A stretch of 64,000 bases of DNA from Promethearchaeota archaeon (lineage in GTDB: Archaea > Asgardarchaeota > Lokiarchaeia > Sigyniarchaeales > SOKP01), in contig JAUVNS010000007.1 of assembly GCA_030599585.1 (NCBI GenBank), positions 1-64,000 of the forward strand, in the 5' to 3' direction. Below are positions 19,482 to 28,194 of this stretch, piece by piece. The notes below the pieces were generated by a model. It had not been told where the DNA came from and ran no database searches. It saw only the letters and a list, made by a program, of their open reading frames with translations. The position numbers were made by a program, and so were the translations under genes. Position 1 is the first letter of the stretch, and the number at the start of each line of letters is the position of its first letter.

Positions 19482-20573
19482 CTATGTCTTTAAAGAAGAA
19501 CTTTCTTCTTCAATGTAGAATTCTATACTTTTAATAATAAAATCAGGTAATGTAGAGTAATCTTTAGTTTTAGCGAAATTTAGCCAGGAATCTTTCACAT
19601 CTTTTGATACATAAAATGATATTTTTTCCTTATCCTTTTTAAAATCGAAAAGAGGAGGAAGAATCTCAGTTAAATCTCCACCTATTATTATTATATCAGC
19701 GGCTTTCTTAACGATATTTTTATGAGCGTTAAACGCAATTGCTAGCCCAACTGCTCCAAAAGCTTCTAGATCGTTAACATCGTCTCCAATATATACACAT
19801 TGATTAAGGTCAGGATACCCATTTTTATCAACAATTCCCTCTTTCAAAGCAAGTTCTTCCATAATTTTTATCTTGTCTTTATAATCAGTTTTACTTAGCT
19901 CCCAGCTTTTTAATAAACCGTCGTCATCAAAAAACAATTGACAATGAGCCCTGATATGATTGACTTCATCTAATTCTTTTTTTGCTTTTTGTGCAAGCCT
20001 ATAGAAACTACCTGTAATTATAGCTGTTTTAATATTACTTTTTTTCAATATTTGAAATACTTCTTTAGCACCTCGAGATAAAATTCGACTGTCAGTCACT
20101 TCCTGGAAAGTTTTCTCATCCAATGGTATGATTTTCAAGGTATTGCAAGTAGCTTCTTTCCATTTTACATAGTTGTCAACATCGTCACCATAAAGACCAT
20201 TTTCAAAATTTCTCTTAAGCGCTTCGTGTATATCGTATTGCCCTAATCTTTTGAAGAGGAGATCCCATGTACTAATAGCAACCTTTCTACTTATACTTTC
20301 ATGCCATGGTTTCTCAAACAAAACTCCATCCATGTCAAAAAAGACCATTTTATATTTAGAATCCTTGAATTCAATTTCATGTTTTCCATGGAGTAATTTT
20401 TCAATTTTATTTCGACAAGATTTATACTCCGTAATTTGGGTATCAAGAAGATATAATGCTTCTTTTGCTTTTTCGTGATTTATCTTATCAGGTTTTCCTA
20501 AATATTTTCTTTCCCCTTTAGCTAAAAAATAAAGATAGATACTATCTTTTCTTTTCTGTTCTATTAAGCGCAT
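19482..20573 (-). CDS. HAD phosphatase (phosphoserine phosphatase-like) with N-terminal extension and C-terminal ribbon-helix-helix-like domain
   Basis: FFDMDGVL, AIITGS, K, YIGDDVND; C-terminal KISFYVSKDVKDSW..FAK...STLPDFIIKSIEFYI is RHH-like. Confidence 0.8.
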   Translation of the reverse strand: MRLIEQKRKDSIYLYFLAKGERKYLGKPDKINHEKAKEALYLLDTQITEYKSCRNKIEKLLHGKHEIEFKDSKYKMVFFDMDGVLFEKPWHESISRKVAISTWDLLFKRLGQYDIHEALKRNFENGLYGDDVDNYVKWKEATCNTLKIIPLDEKTFQEVTDSRILSRGAKEVFQILKKSNIKTAIITGSFYRLAQKAKKELDEVNHIRAHCQLFFDDDGLLKSWELSKTDYKDKIKIMEELALKEGIVDKNGYPDLNQCVYIGDDVNDLEAFGAVGLAIAFNAHKNIVKKAADIIIIGGDLTEILPPLFDFKKDKEKISFYVSKDVKDSWLNFAKTKDYSTLPDFIIKSIEFYIEEESSSLKT

Positions 20574-20822
20574 GCCATCACCCTTATGAAACCTATTTTT
20601 AATTCGTGGGATATTTCTTATTTAATAAAATAATTGATACATTTATTCTTTTTGATTTTATTACAAATGGTAAATATTTACTCAAATGTTTTTTTTATGA
20701 TAACTATTACCATGCATTAATCATACTTTGTCATTTGAATGAAAAAATTTAGTAAAAAATATAAAAAAAAAAAAGACAGATTTATTCAGTCATATTAGTT
20801 TTTCAGCTCCTTAGGAGCGGAT

Positions 20823-22058
20823 TTAAGAATTATGTTTTTTAACGATAATCCGTTTTTTGTTTACCAATAGTACAACAACGCCAAGCATTGTTGCTAACGC
20901 TAGATACATAAAGTCGAATCCCGGTATCTCATCTAGGGACACTGGGACACTAGGGCAACCAGGATCATCCGCTGGAGGGTCATCTGTGCTTATTTGAGGG
21001 ACTACGATTGTACCGTTAGCAATCTGGAGTTTGACTAGATCAACTTTATCTTTCACTGATTGAGGGATTATAGAGTCATAATGATGGTAAGGATATAGAT
21101 AATTACCAATGGGTAATTCCCAAGATAGTCCACCCAGATTTTGCATGGCTGTTCCATTTTCTATTTGCTCCACGACTAAATCCATCAAAAGTGATGTATT
21201 CATCCCAATGCTAGTCATTGTGTGATCAGGTGCTAATACGGCTTGATCAGCAACCGTTCCAATTACTGTAATATTAGCTTCTACGCAAGCAGCGATAACT
21301 CCTCTTCCGGTCGTATCAGCTACCTGAACAACGATATCAACGTTTTTTGTAGCTATTAGCGATAGCGTGATCTGTTTACCAATCGCAGCATCACCCCAAG
21401 TACCAGCAACCCTAGCAAACACGCAAGCATCATCATTAACGCTCTCAACGCCTGCTCTAAAAGCATAGAACTCCATTGCCAGGTATTCATACCATTCTCC
21501 AAAAACTACACCTGTTCTATTGGTTTTTGTCATCAACCCTGAAAGTACTCCAGCTAGATACATACCTTCTGTCTGGAAAGCAGGATGAAGACCCACCGTA
21601 TTATTTGGTGCAGGTACGTATGGGTTAAGACCAGGTATCTGAACAAATAAGGTATCATTGTGTTTTTCAGCAAGACCTGCGAAGTAGGTAGTTTCTATGA
21701 ATTGACCTCCGACACAGAAAATCACATCATATCCGGCCGCACCGTAGTCATCTATTACTCGATACTGATCGTTATAATCTACTTGTCGTGATATGCTTAT
21801 ATTCCAACCATGAACGGACTCCAGTCTGTTCATACTTTGTATTGCCACATAAGAGAATCCCAGGTCGGTTTCATCACCACCCAACACGAGAGCAGCCTTG
21901 TATGCTCCATTACTGGTCCTCAACTCAGTTTGTGATTCGTCATTTGCGATTAGGTTTCCATTTGGTACCGACATTGAAATCACAAGTATTGCAGTTATGA
22001 CGATTACGAGGTAACTAAATTTCTTATTCATTTTTACTTTCATTTTTAATCTATCCAT
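20823..22058 (-). CDS. BMP-family ABC substrate-binding protein (purine/nucleoside type) with PGF/Loki-CTERM anchor
   Basis: D.GFS, GYDVIF..G, EG.YLAG..SGLMTKTN..G, GTWGD...GK, G.GVI.A, IGT..DQ...AP; C-terminal EIPGF + TM helix + basic tail. Confidence 0.88.
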   Translation of the reverse strand: MDRLKMKVKMNKKFSYLVIVITAILVISMSVPNGNLIANDESQTELRTSNGAYKAALVLGGDETDLGFSYVAIQSMNRLESVHGWNISISRQVDYNDQYRVIDDYGAAGYDVIFCVGGQFIETTYFAGLAEKHNDTLFVQIPGLNPYVPAPNNTVGLHPAFQTEGMYLAGVLSGLMTKTNRTGVVFGEWYEYLAMEFYAFRAGVESVNDDACVFARVAGTWGDAAIGKQITLSLIATKNVDIVVQVADTTGRGVIAACVEANITVIGTVADQAVLAPDHTMTSIGMNTSLLMDLVVEQIENGTAMQNLGGLSWELPIGNYLYPYHHYDSIIPQSVKDKVDLVKLQIANGTIVVPQISTDDPPADDPGCPSVPVSLDEIPGFDFMYLALATMLGVVVLLVNKKRIIVKKHNS

Positions 22059-22079
22059 TCGTTTTTACTTTCATTTTTA
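22031..22079. repeat. 18-bp direct repeat (TTTTTACTTTCATTTTTA x2)
   Basis: Identical copies at 22031-22048 and 22062-22079; each reads ATG AAA GTA AAA (MKVK) on the minus strand. Confidence 0.85.
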
Positions 22080-22182
22080 GTAGATTATTTATTTAATTCT
22101 TTATCATTTATAAAACATTGATCATTTTTATGTTTATTATAAAATATATGATAAAATCACAATAATAAATTAATGATTTAAT

Positions 22183-23433
22183 ATGACAAATTCGGTAAGT
22201 TCCAAAATTGAAGAAGCGAATGAAGAGGCAGTCAAGAGGATACTATCGGCTGAATGTAACCTAGTTGATATTGATTCTGCTGGTAATATTATCCCAGGTT
22301 TTAAGAGTAATTTATTTACTCATGCAGGACCACCAATTGAGTGGGAAAGGATGTGTAATACACAGAAATATGCTATTAAAAATCTGATAATGTATGAGGG
22401 ATTAGCTGACACACCTGAAAAAGCTGCAAGACTAGCTGAAACCGGAGAAGTTACAATCGAACCCAACCATAACTACGATGCAGTTAGCGGAATGTGCGGA
22501 GCTACATCGGCATCCCTTCCAGTTCTTGTGGTTAAGAATCCGGTACATGGCAATACTTCTTATTGCCTCCAACAAACAAGTTTGACTGCTTTCGGTAATA
22601 AGTATGAGACAAGAGATGAGCTTGATTTTGTTCGAAATACGCTTGCACCAGTATTGAAAGCAACTATCAAGGAAGCGGGTGGGATTGGCCTTAAAGAAAT
22701 ACTTGCAACCGGCATACAGATGGGAGATGAGCTTCATGGCAAGTTAGATGGCACTAGGAGTGTCTTTGTGAGTGGTCTTCTACCTTATATTGTGAGGACA
22801 GATTTCGATAAAGATACCCTTACTCAAGTTGGGGAATACTTCAACACCCATATAGGACGCTGGTATGGAGGAAACTTGATGATGGCATCCTGCAAGGCGA
22901 TGATGGATCCAGCTAAGAACATCGAGTACAGCACAATAGTAACTGCAATGGCCAGAAATGGAGTGGATTTTGGTATTCAAGTCAGCGGACTTGGGGACGA
23001 ATGGTTCACTGGGCCTGCGGGGACGATAATTGGGTACACCTTTCCAGGATATCGATCGGAAGACTCTACATTAGACCTTGGAGATAGTGCCATTTCAGAA
23101 TCGAGAGGTTTTGGAGGGATGGCAGCACCAGCAGCGCCTGGTCACGCAAGATTCATAGGAAGAGATTTCAAAGATGCTGTCGAGCGCACTAAACAAATGT
23201 ATGAAATTACCCAAACAGAGGATACTCTTTTTCAGATTCCTTACCTTGACTTCCGTGGTGTTCCTGTGGGGATTGACATAAGAAAAGTCGTTGAAACAGG
23301 AATTTTACCTATTATAAATACTGGTATGGCTCACAAGGACGGTGGTCACCCTATGATCGGAGGGGGTAGGGCTGATGCTCCTATGGAATGTTTTAAAGGA
23401 GCTTTAGTCGCCTTTGCTAAGAAGTATTCATAA
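22183..23433 (+). CDS. allG: DUF1116 protein (YlbE/YahG; AllG-like oxamate carbamoyltransferase subunit)
   Basis: HAGPPI.WE.M, P.H...AV..M.G, MGDE.H, VTAMARNG.DFGI..SG, D.GDSAI.E..G.G, GIDIRKVVETGILP.INTG.AH. Confidence 0.88.
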   Translation: MTNSVSSKIEEANEEAVKRILSAECNLVDIDSAGNIIPGFKSNLFTHAGPPIEWERMCNTQKYAIKNLIMYEGLADTPEKAARLAETGEVTIEPNHNYDAVSGMCGATSASLPVLVVKNPVHGNTSYCLQQTSLTAFGNKYETRDELDFVRNTLAPVLKATIKEAGGIGLKEILATGIQMGDELHGKLDGTRSVFVSGLLPYIVRTDFDKDTLTQVGEYFNTHIGRWYGGNLMMASCKAMMDPAKNIEYSTIVTAMARNGVDFGIQVSGLGDEWFTGPAGTIIGYTFPGYRSEDSTLDLGDSAISESRGFGGMAAPAAPGHARFIGRDFKDAVERTKQMYEITQTEDTLFQIPYLDFRGVPVGIDIRKVVETGILPIINTGMAHKDGGHPMIGGGRADAPMECFKGALVAFAKKYS

Positions 23434-23471
23434 TAAAATAAAGATTGTAAACATAAAATGGCTGATTTTGT

Positions 23472-24482
23472 ATGGTGAATAAATACCTAACTTATCCAAT
23501 TGGAGTGTTTGTAGCTCTAGTTGTCTTTTCTATCACCCTACTATTGTTGGGCTACGATCCTATAGAAGCTTTAATGTCGATACCTACCGGTGCTTTTGGT
23601 AGTCCAACTAGCACTAGTGAAACGATAATCCGCTTTATTCCACTACTAATGACCGCAATGGCTTTCCTGATTGCTTTCAAAGTACGATTCTTGAATTTAG
23701 GTATCGAGGGGCAGCTCTACAGTGGTGCGTTAATAGCGTATTTGATTGGTGCTGGGATGGGATCATTACCTGGCTTAATCTCAATACCATTAATTTTTAT
23801 TGCAGGTTTCATTGGAGGAGTATTATGGTTGGGAATCCCTCTTATCATGAAGACCAAGCGGGGAATTAACGAAATATTTCCAACTGTCGTTATGAACTTC
23901 ATTGCGATGTTTGTAATCGCTTGGCTCACGACTGGACCACTCAAGGATCCAGATTCGTTCAATCCAAGAACACCTTTCCTTCCAGAGTCAACTTGGTTGC
24001 CATTGATACATCCCGATTACAGGCTTCATGTATTTGTCTTTCTAGCGATTATTATTGCTATTGTTCTTTATATTGTTCTGTTTAAAACAACGATTGGATA
24101 TAAAATTAGAGCTGTTGGACAAAATCCAAGGGCTACCGCACATGGAGGGATTAAGGTAACTAGGGTTGTACTTATTGCAGGAATGTTAAGTGGGGGAATA
24201 GCTGGAATAACAGGGATGATGGAAATTTTTGGTATACATCATTTCTTGATTCAAGGTTTTTCCCCCGGTTTTGGCTATCAAGGAATAGCAGTAGCAGCTT
24301 TGGGAGGCTTTCATCCTATTGGCGTAATCATTGCTGCTTTCTTCTTTGCAGTTCTACAAATCGGAGGAGAATCTATGCAGCGGGGTGCAGGAGTCCCTGT
24401 TGATTTCATTTTCATTATGCAGGCAGTGCTAGTTCTCACAATCCTGATAGTTAAAAATTATATTAATATGAGGAATTCATAA
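23472..24482 (+). CDS. nucleoside/purine ABC transporter permease (BPD_transp_2)
   Basis: FLNLGIEGQL..G, INE....V.MNFIA, GYKIRAVGQNP.A, G.GY.GIAVA.LG..HP.G. Confidence 0.9.
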   Translation: MVNKYLTYPIGVFVALVVFSITLLLLGYDPIEALMSIPTGAFGSPTSTSETIIRFIPLLMTAMAFLIAFKVRFLNLGIEGQLYSGALIAYLIGAGMGSLPGLISIPLIFIAGFIGGVLWLGIPLIMKTKRGINEIFPTVVMNFIAMFVIAWLTTGPLKDPDSFNPRTPFLPESTWLPLIHPDYRLHVFVFLAIIIAIVLYIVLFKTTIGYKIRAVGQNPRATAHGGIKVTRVVLIAGMLSGGIAGITGMMEIFGIHHFLIQGFSPGFGYQGIAVAALGGFHPIGVIIAAFFFAVLQIGGESMQRGAGVPVDFIFIMQAVLVLTILIVKNYINMRNS

Positions 24483-25438
24483 TGGCAAATCTTATTACAT
24501 CGATCATTGCAGGAGGTATTATACTCGCAGTTCCGATTCTTTTTGTTTCCCTTGGCGAGATTTTTAATGAGCGAGCAGGAACAATCAACTTAGGGCTCGA
24601 GGCAACAATGTCGCTCACTGCCTTCGTAGCATTGTGGGTAACTTTCGAAACGGGGGATTTCTTCTTAGGCACATTTGCAGCTCTCGTTATTGGTGCAGGT
24701 GTTGGAATGCTTCATAGCTTTACTACTATCAAAATGAGAGTCAATCAACTGATAGCTGGATTGCTACTCCTGACCTTTGCTGATGGTTTAGCTAACTTTC
24801 TTAATAGTATTGTCATCGAAGGAATTCGGATAGCGTTGATTGCAGATCCATTAGCATATCCAACGGCAGTACCAACTGTCACTCCCCTCCCCTCTATTTT
24901 CATCCCTTTTCTGAGCGATATTCCGTGGTTAGGGGAGATTTTCTTTCAACATAATGAATTTGTCTATCTCGCTTACTTCCTAGCGATTGTTTTCGGGTTG
25001 ATCCTATACAAAACCACGTGGGGTCTCAAAATCAGAGGGGTTGGAGAGAATCCTGAAGCGTGTGATGCCGCTGGTATTAATGTTAATCGGATTAGACATC
25101 TTTGTGACATTTTTAGTGGGGTAATGGCCGGTTTGGCTGGGGCATCTATAACATTGGGATACATAGGGCTCTATGATAGCGGTATTGCAGGAGGACGTGG
25201 CTGGATCGCAATCATAGTCGTAATTTTTTCACGTTGGAGTCCTTTCAGAGCCATTGTGGGTAGTCTGATTTTTGGTATGGGATATTCTCTAGCGGCTAAT
25301 CTAATAGGCTTTTTTGGTCCTCTGGTATCGTACTACTTCCTCTTATCTTTGCCCTATATCGTGGCCTTAGTGGTAATCTTATTGGTTGGGACGAAAAAAG
25401 GTCCCGCCGCATTAACTGTACCGTATTGGAGAAAATAA
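24482..25438 (+). CDS. nucleoside/purine ABC transporter permease
   Basis: GEIFNERAGTINLGLE, GLKIRGVGENP.A.DAAGINV, GRGWIA....F..W.P, LPY, P.AL..PY; TAATG overlap with the upstream gene. Confidence 0.9.
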   Translation: MANLITSIIAGGIILAVPILFVSLGEIFNERAGTINLGLEATMSLTAFVALWVTFETGDFFLGTFAALVIGAGVGMLHSFTTIKMRVNQLIAGLLLLTFADGLANFLNSIVIEGIRIALIADPLAYPTAVPTVTPLPSIFIPFLSDIPWLGEIFFQHNEFVYLAYFLAIVFGLILYKTTWGLKIRGVGENPEACDAAGINVNRIRHLCDIFSGVMAGLAGASITLGYIGLYDSGIAGGRGWIAIIVVIFSRWSPFRAIVGSLIFGMGYSLAANLIGFFGPLVSYYFLLSLPYIVALVVILLVGTKKGPAALTVPYWRK

Positions 25439-25450
25439 AGGTATAATATT

Positions 25451-27034
25451 ATGGCTGTAACGGTAATTATTCGTGAAGATACATATCGAGACTCTGTGAT
25501 TCTTATGAGACTATCTAACAAAGTTACTGAACTCGATGGTGTGTTACAAGCCGGAGTTATCATGGGCACACCTACCAACAAGGAATTTCTGAAAGTCTTG
25601 AACCTTCTAACCGAAGAGGCCAGACAGGCAGGTCCAAACGATCTGATCATAGCTCTAGAGACTCAAGATGAAAAGAGCATGGCTCAAGCACTCTCAGAAG
25701 TTGACAGGCTCCTTACAACTCGAGTTTCAAAAGATGAGAACAAAATAATCCCCGAGACACTGGATTCCGCACTTAGATATATGAGTGACGCAAATCTAGT
25801 TATTATTTCAGTACCAGGAGTATACGCTAAGAGAGAAGCATCGAAAGCTCTTAAAAAGGGAATTAATGTCTTTATTTTTAGCAGCAATGTATCTCTTGAA
25901 GATGAATTAGAGCTCAAACAATTAGCTCTGAAAAAGGGTCTCTTGGTCATGGGTCCTGACTGTGGAACTGCAATAATCAATAATATAGTTTTGGGCTTTG
26001 GGAATGTTGTTAATCAAGGAAATATTGGATTGGTAGCAGCAGCTGGAACAGGATTGCAAGAAGTTTCTACTCTGATACATAATAAGGGTTTTGGTATATC
26101 CCAAGCAATTGGAACTGGTGGAAATGACCTTTCCAAAACTGTTGGAGGCATCATGATGATTGAAGGCATAAAGCGTCTAGAACAAAATGATGAAACTAAA
26201 GTTATTATTCTCATTTCTAAACCACCCAATCAAGAGATTAGTCAAAAAGTACTAAAAATCGCAAGTCAAGCCAGTAAGCCAATAGTAGTGAATTTTCTTG
26301 GGGGTGATATTGAAAATATTGAAAGTCAAGGTTTTAATGCTGCCAAAACATTAGAAGATGCAGCTTCCACAGCTTGTGCTCTTGTTCAAGGAAAACAAGC
26401 AATAAAAAATACATTTACTGCAACAAGAGAAGAAATTCTTTCTATTGCCCAATCAGAATGGAATAGATTGGCAACTAATCAGAACTTCGTACGGGGTCTA
26501 TATTCAGGTGGAACTCTCTCCTATGAAGCGTTGATTCTTATGACACCTCTGCTCGAAGAAATTTTCTCTAACTCACCTTTAAAACCTCATCTGAAGCTAG
26601 AAGATTCAACTTTAAGCAAGAACCATACCTGTGTGGATATGGGTGCGGAAGAATTCGTAATTGGAAGACCACACCCAATGATTGATTACACACTCCGTAA
26701 TCAAAGAATAATCAAAGAAGGAAATGACCCTGAGACAGCTGTTATTCTTTTAGATGTGGTTCTAGGGTATGGGTCTCACGATAACCCAGCAGCCGAACTT
26801 ATATCATCCATACAAGAAATAAAAACCAATGCTGAACGTGATGTGAGGTACTTGTCTGTCGTGGCTTCCATCGTGGGTACATCCCTCGATCACCAAGAAT
26901 TTCATAAACAATCTAAGCTTCTGGAGGATGTAGGTGTGATAATTATGCCCAGTAACGCACAAGCAGCCAAATTGGCAGCTTTAATTGCGACTAGAGGTGC
27001 TATACAAGATAAACTTTTTGAGGGGGGAGTCTAA
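25451..27034 (+). CDS. fdrA: FdrA (AllF-like; succinyl-CoA ligase-like fold)
   Basis: Y.DSV.LM, MGTP.NK, ISVPG.YA, MGPDCGTAII, GTGLQEV, AIGTGG.DL, RGLYSGGTL, GRPHPMID, LLDVVLGYG.H..PA. Confidence 0.92.
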   Translation: MAVTVIIREDTYRDSVILMRLSNKVTELDGVLQAGVIMGTPTNKEFLKVLNLLTEEARQAGPNDLIIALETQDEKSMAQALSEVDRLLTTRVSKDENKIIPETLDSALRYMSDANLVIISVPGVYAKREASKALKKGINVFIFSSNVSLEDELELKQLALKKGLLVMGPDCGTAIINNIVLGFGNVVNQGNIGLVAAAGTGLQEVSTLIHNKGFGISQAIGTGGNDLSKTVGGIMMIEGIKRLEQNDETKVIILISKPPNQEISQKVLKIASQASKPIVVNFLGGDIENIESQGFNAAKTLEDAASTACALVQGKQAIKNTFTATREEILSIAQSEWNRLATNQNFVRGLYSGGTLSYEALILMTPLLEEIFSNSPLKPHLKLEDSTLSKNHTCVDMGAEEFVIGRPHPMIDYTLRNQRIIKEGNDPETAVILLDVVLGYGSHDNPAAELISSIQEIKTNAERDVRYLSVVASIVGTSLDHQEFHKQSKLLEDVGVIIMPSNAQAAKLAALIATRGAIQDKLFEGGV

Positions 27035-27204
27035 TGACTGAAAAAGAAAAATTGTTTAACACAGATCTTAAAGTCATCAATATTGGAATCGAAATGTTTG
27101 CTGAAGATTTGGAGAAACAGAATGTAGCTGTAATCCACGTAAATTGGCGACCTCCTGCTGGAGGCGACCTCGATATACTCAAACTTCTAGAAAAATTGGA
27201 ATAA
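27034..27204 (+). CDS. small FdrA C-terminal-like domain protein (56 aa)
   Basis: Not in the ORF track. MTEKEKLFNTDLKVINIGIEMFAEDLEKQNVAVIHVNWRPPAGGDLDILKLLEKLE*; TAATG overlap with fdrA and a G-rich SD-like sequence upstream. Confidence 0.85.
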   Translation: MTEKEKLFNTDLKVINIGIEMFAEDLEKQNVAVIHVNWRPPAGGDLDILKLLEKLE

Positions 27205-27218
27205 AGCTGAATAAAACA

Positions 27219-28130
27219 ATGCAAAAATTAATTATCGCATTGGGTGGGAACGCCTTCATCCAAAAAGGTCAAATAGGAACAGCAGAAGAGCAATTTGCCA
27301 ATATTCGAAAACCTGTTGCTTCCATTGCCGAACTCTCGAAATTATATAATATTGTAATTACTCATGGGAATGGACCTCAATCGGGGGCTTTACTATTACA
27401 ACAAGAAGCATGTGATGAGGTCCCAAAAATGCCGTTATCCATCATCGGGGCGCAAACACAAGGTCAAATTGGGTATATGATTGAATCTACACTGGACGAA
27501 GAGCTAATGCGGCTAGGTATATCCGATGAAAGACTTTTTCTCACGGTGTTGACTTATACCTCTGTAAAAAAAGAGGATCCTGCATTTGCGAATCCCACAA
27601 AACCCATTGGACCTGCTTATCCAGATCCCCGTCCAGGATTTGTCAAAATGTCACGGGGGTGGCGCCGAGTGGTACCATCACCGAAACCAATTAAAATCTT
27701 CCAATGGCGAGAAATTAAGTATTTATTGGAAGAAGGGTTTATTGTCATCGCTTGTGGCGGAGGAGGAATCCCTGTGTACAAAAATAATAATTGTCTTCAC
27801 GGAGTCGAAGCGGTCATTGATAAAGATTTAGCTACTGCCAAACTCGGGGAACAAATCGGAGCCGATATCCTCTTGATAGCCACAGATGTAGAAAAAGTTG
27901 CCATCAATTTCATGCAACCGGATGAAAAATTTCTCGATTCATTGACCATTTCCGAAGCAATAAAACTTTTAGACGAAGGACAATTTCCTAAAGGAAGCAT
28001 GGGCCCGAAAGTCCAAGCGTGTGTTAATTTTATTGAACAAGGCGGCGCTCAAGCAATCATTACCTCGATTGATCATATCCGAGATGCCCTCCTTGGAAAG
28101 ACAGGTACACATTTTAAAAAACTCACTTAA
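27219..28130 (+). CDS. arcC: carbamate kinase (AllK/ArcC family)
   Basis: Probable start ATG 27219 (MQKLIIALGGNA); THGNGPQ, TQGQIGY, DPAF.NPTKPIG, WRRVVPSP.P, GGGGIPV, EAVIDKD, GSMGPKV. Confidence 0.95.
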   Translation: MQKLIIALGGNAFIQKGQIGTAEEQFANIRKPVASIAELSKLYNIVITHGNGPQSGALLLQQEACDEVPKMPLSIIGAQTQGQIGYMIESTLDEELMRLGISDERLFLTVLTYTSVKKEDPAFANPTKPIGPAYPDPRPGFVKMSRGWRRVVPSPKPIKIFQWREIKYLLEEGFIVIACGGGGIPVYKNNNCLHGVEAVIDKDLATAKLGEQIGADILLIATDVEKVAINFMQPDEKFLDSLTISEAIKLLDEGQFPKGSMGPKVQACVNFIEQGGAQAIITSIDHIRDALLGKTGTHFKKLT

Positions 28131-28194
28131 TTAAAATAAATATTTCTTATAAATTAGATTAATTGATCTAACAAATTAAAATAGAGGAAAAAAC

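Noticed and set aside
27144-27218. ORF-track N-terminal extension of carbamate kinase (MATSCWRRPRY...)
   Set aside because: It overlaps the 56-aa FdrA-like gene in another frame; carbamate kinase homology begins at ATG 27219.
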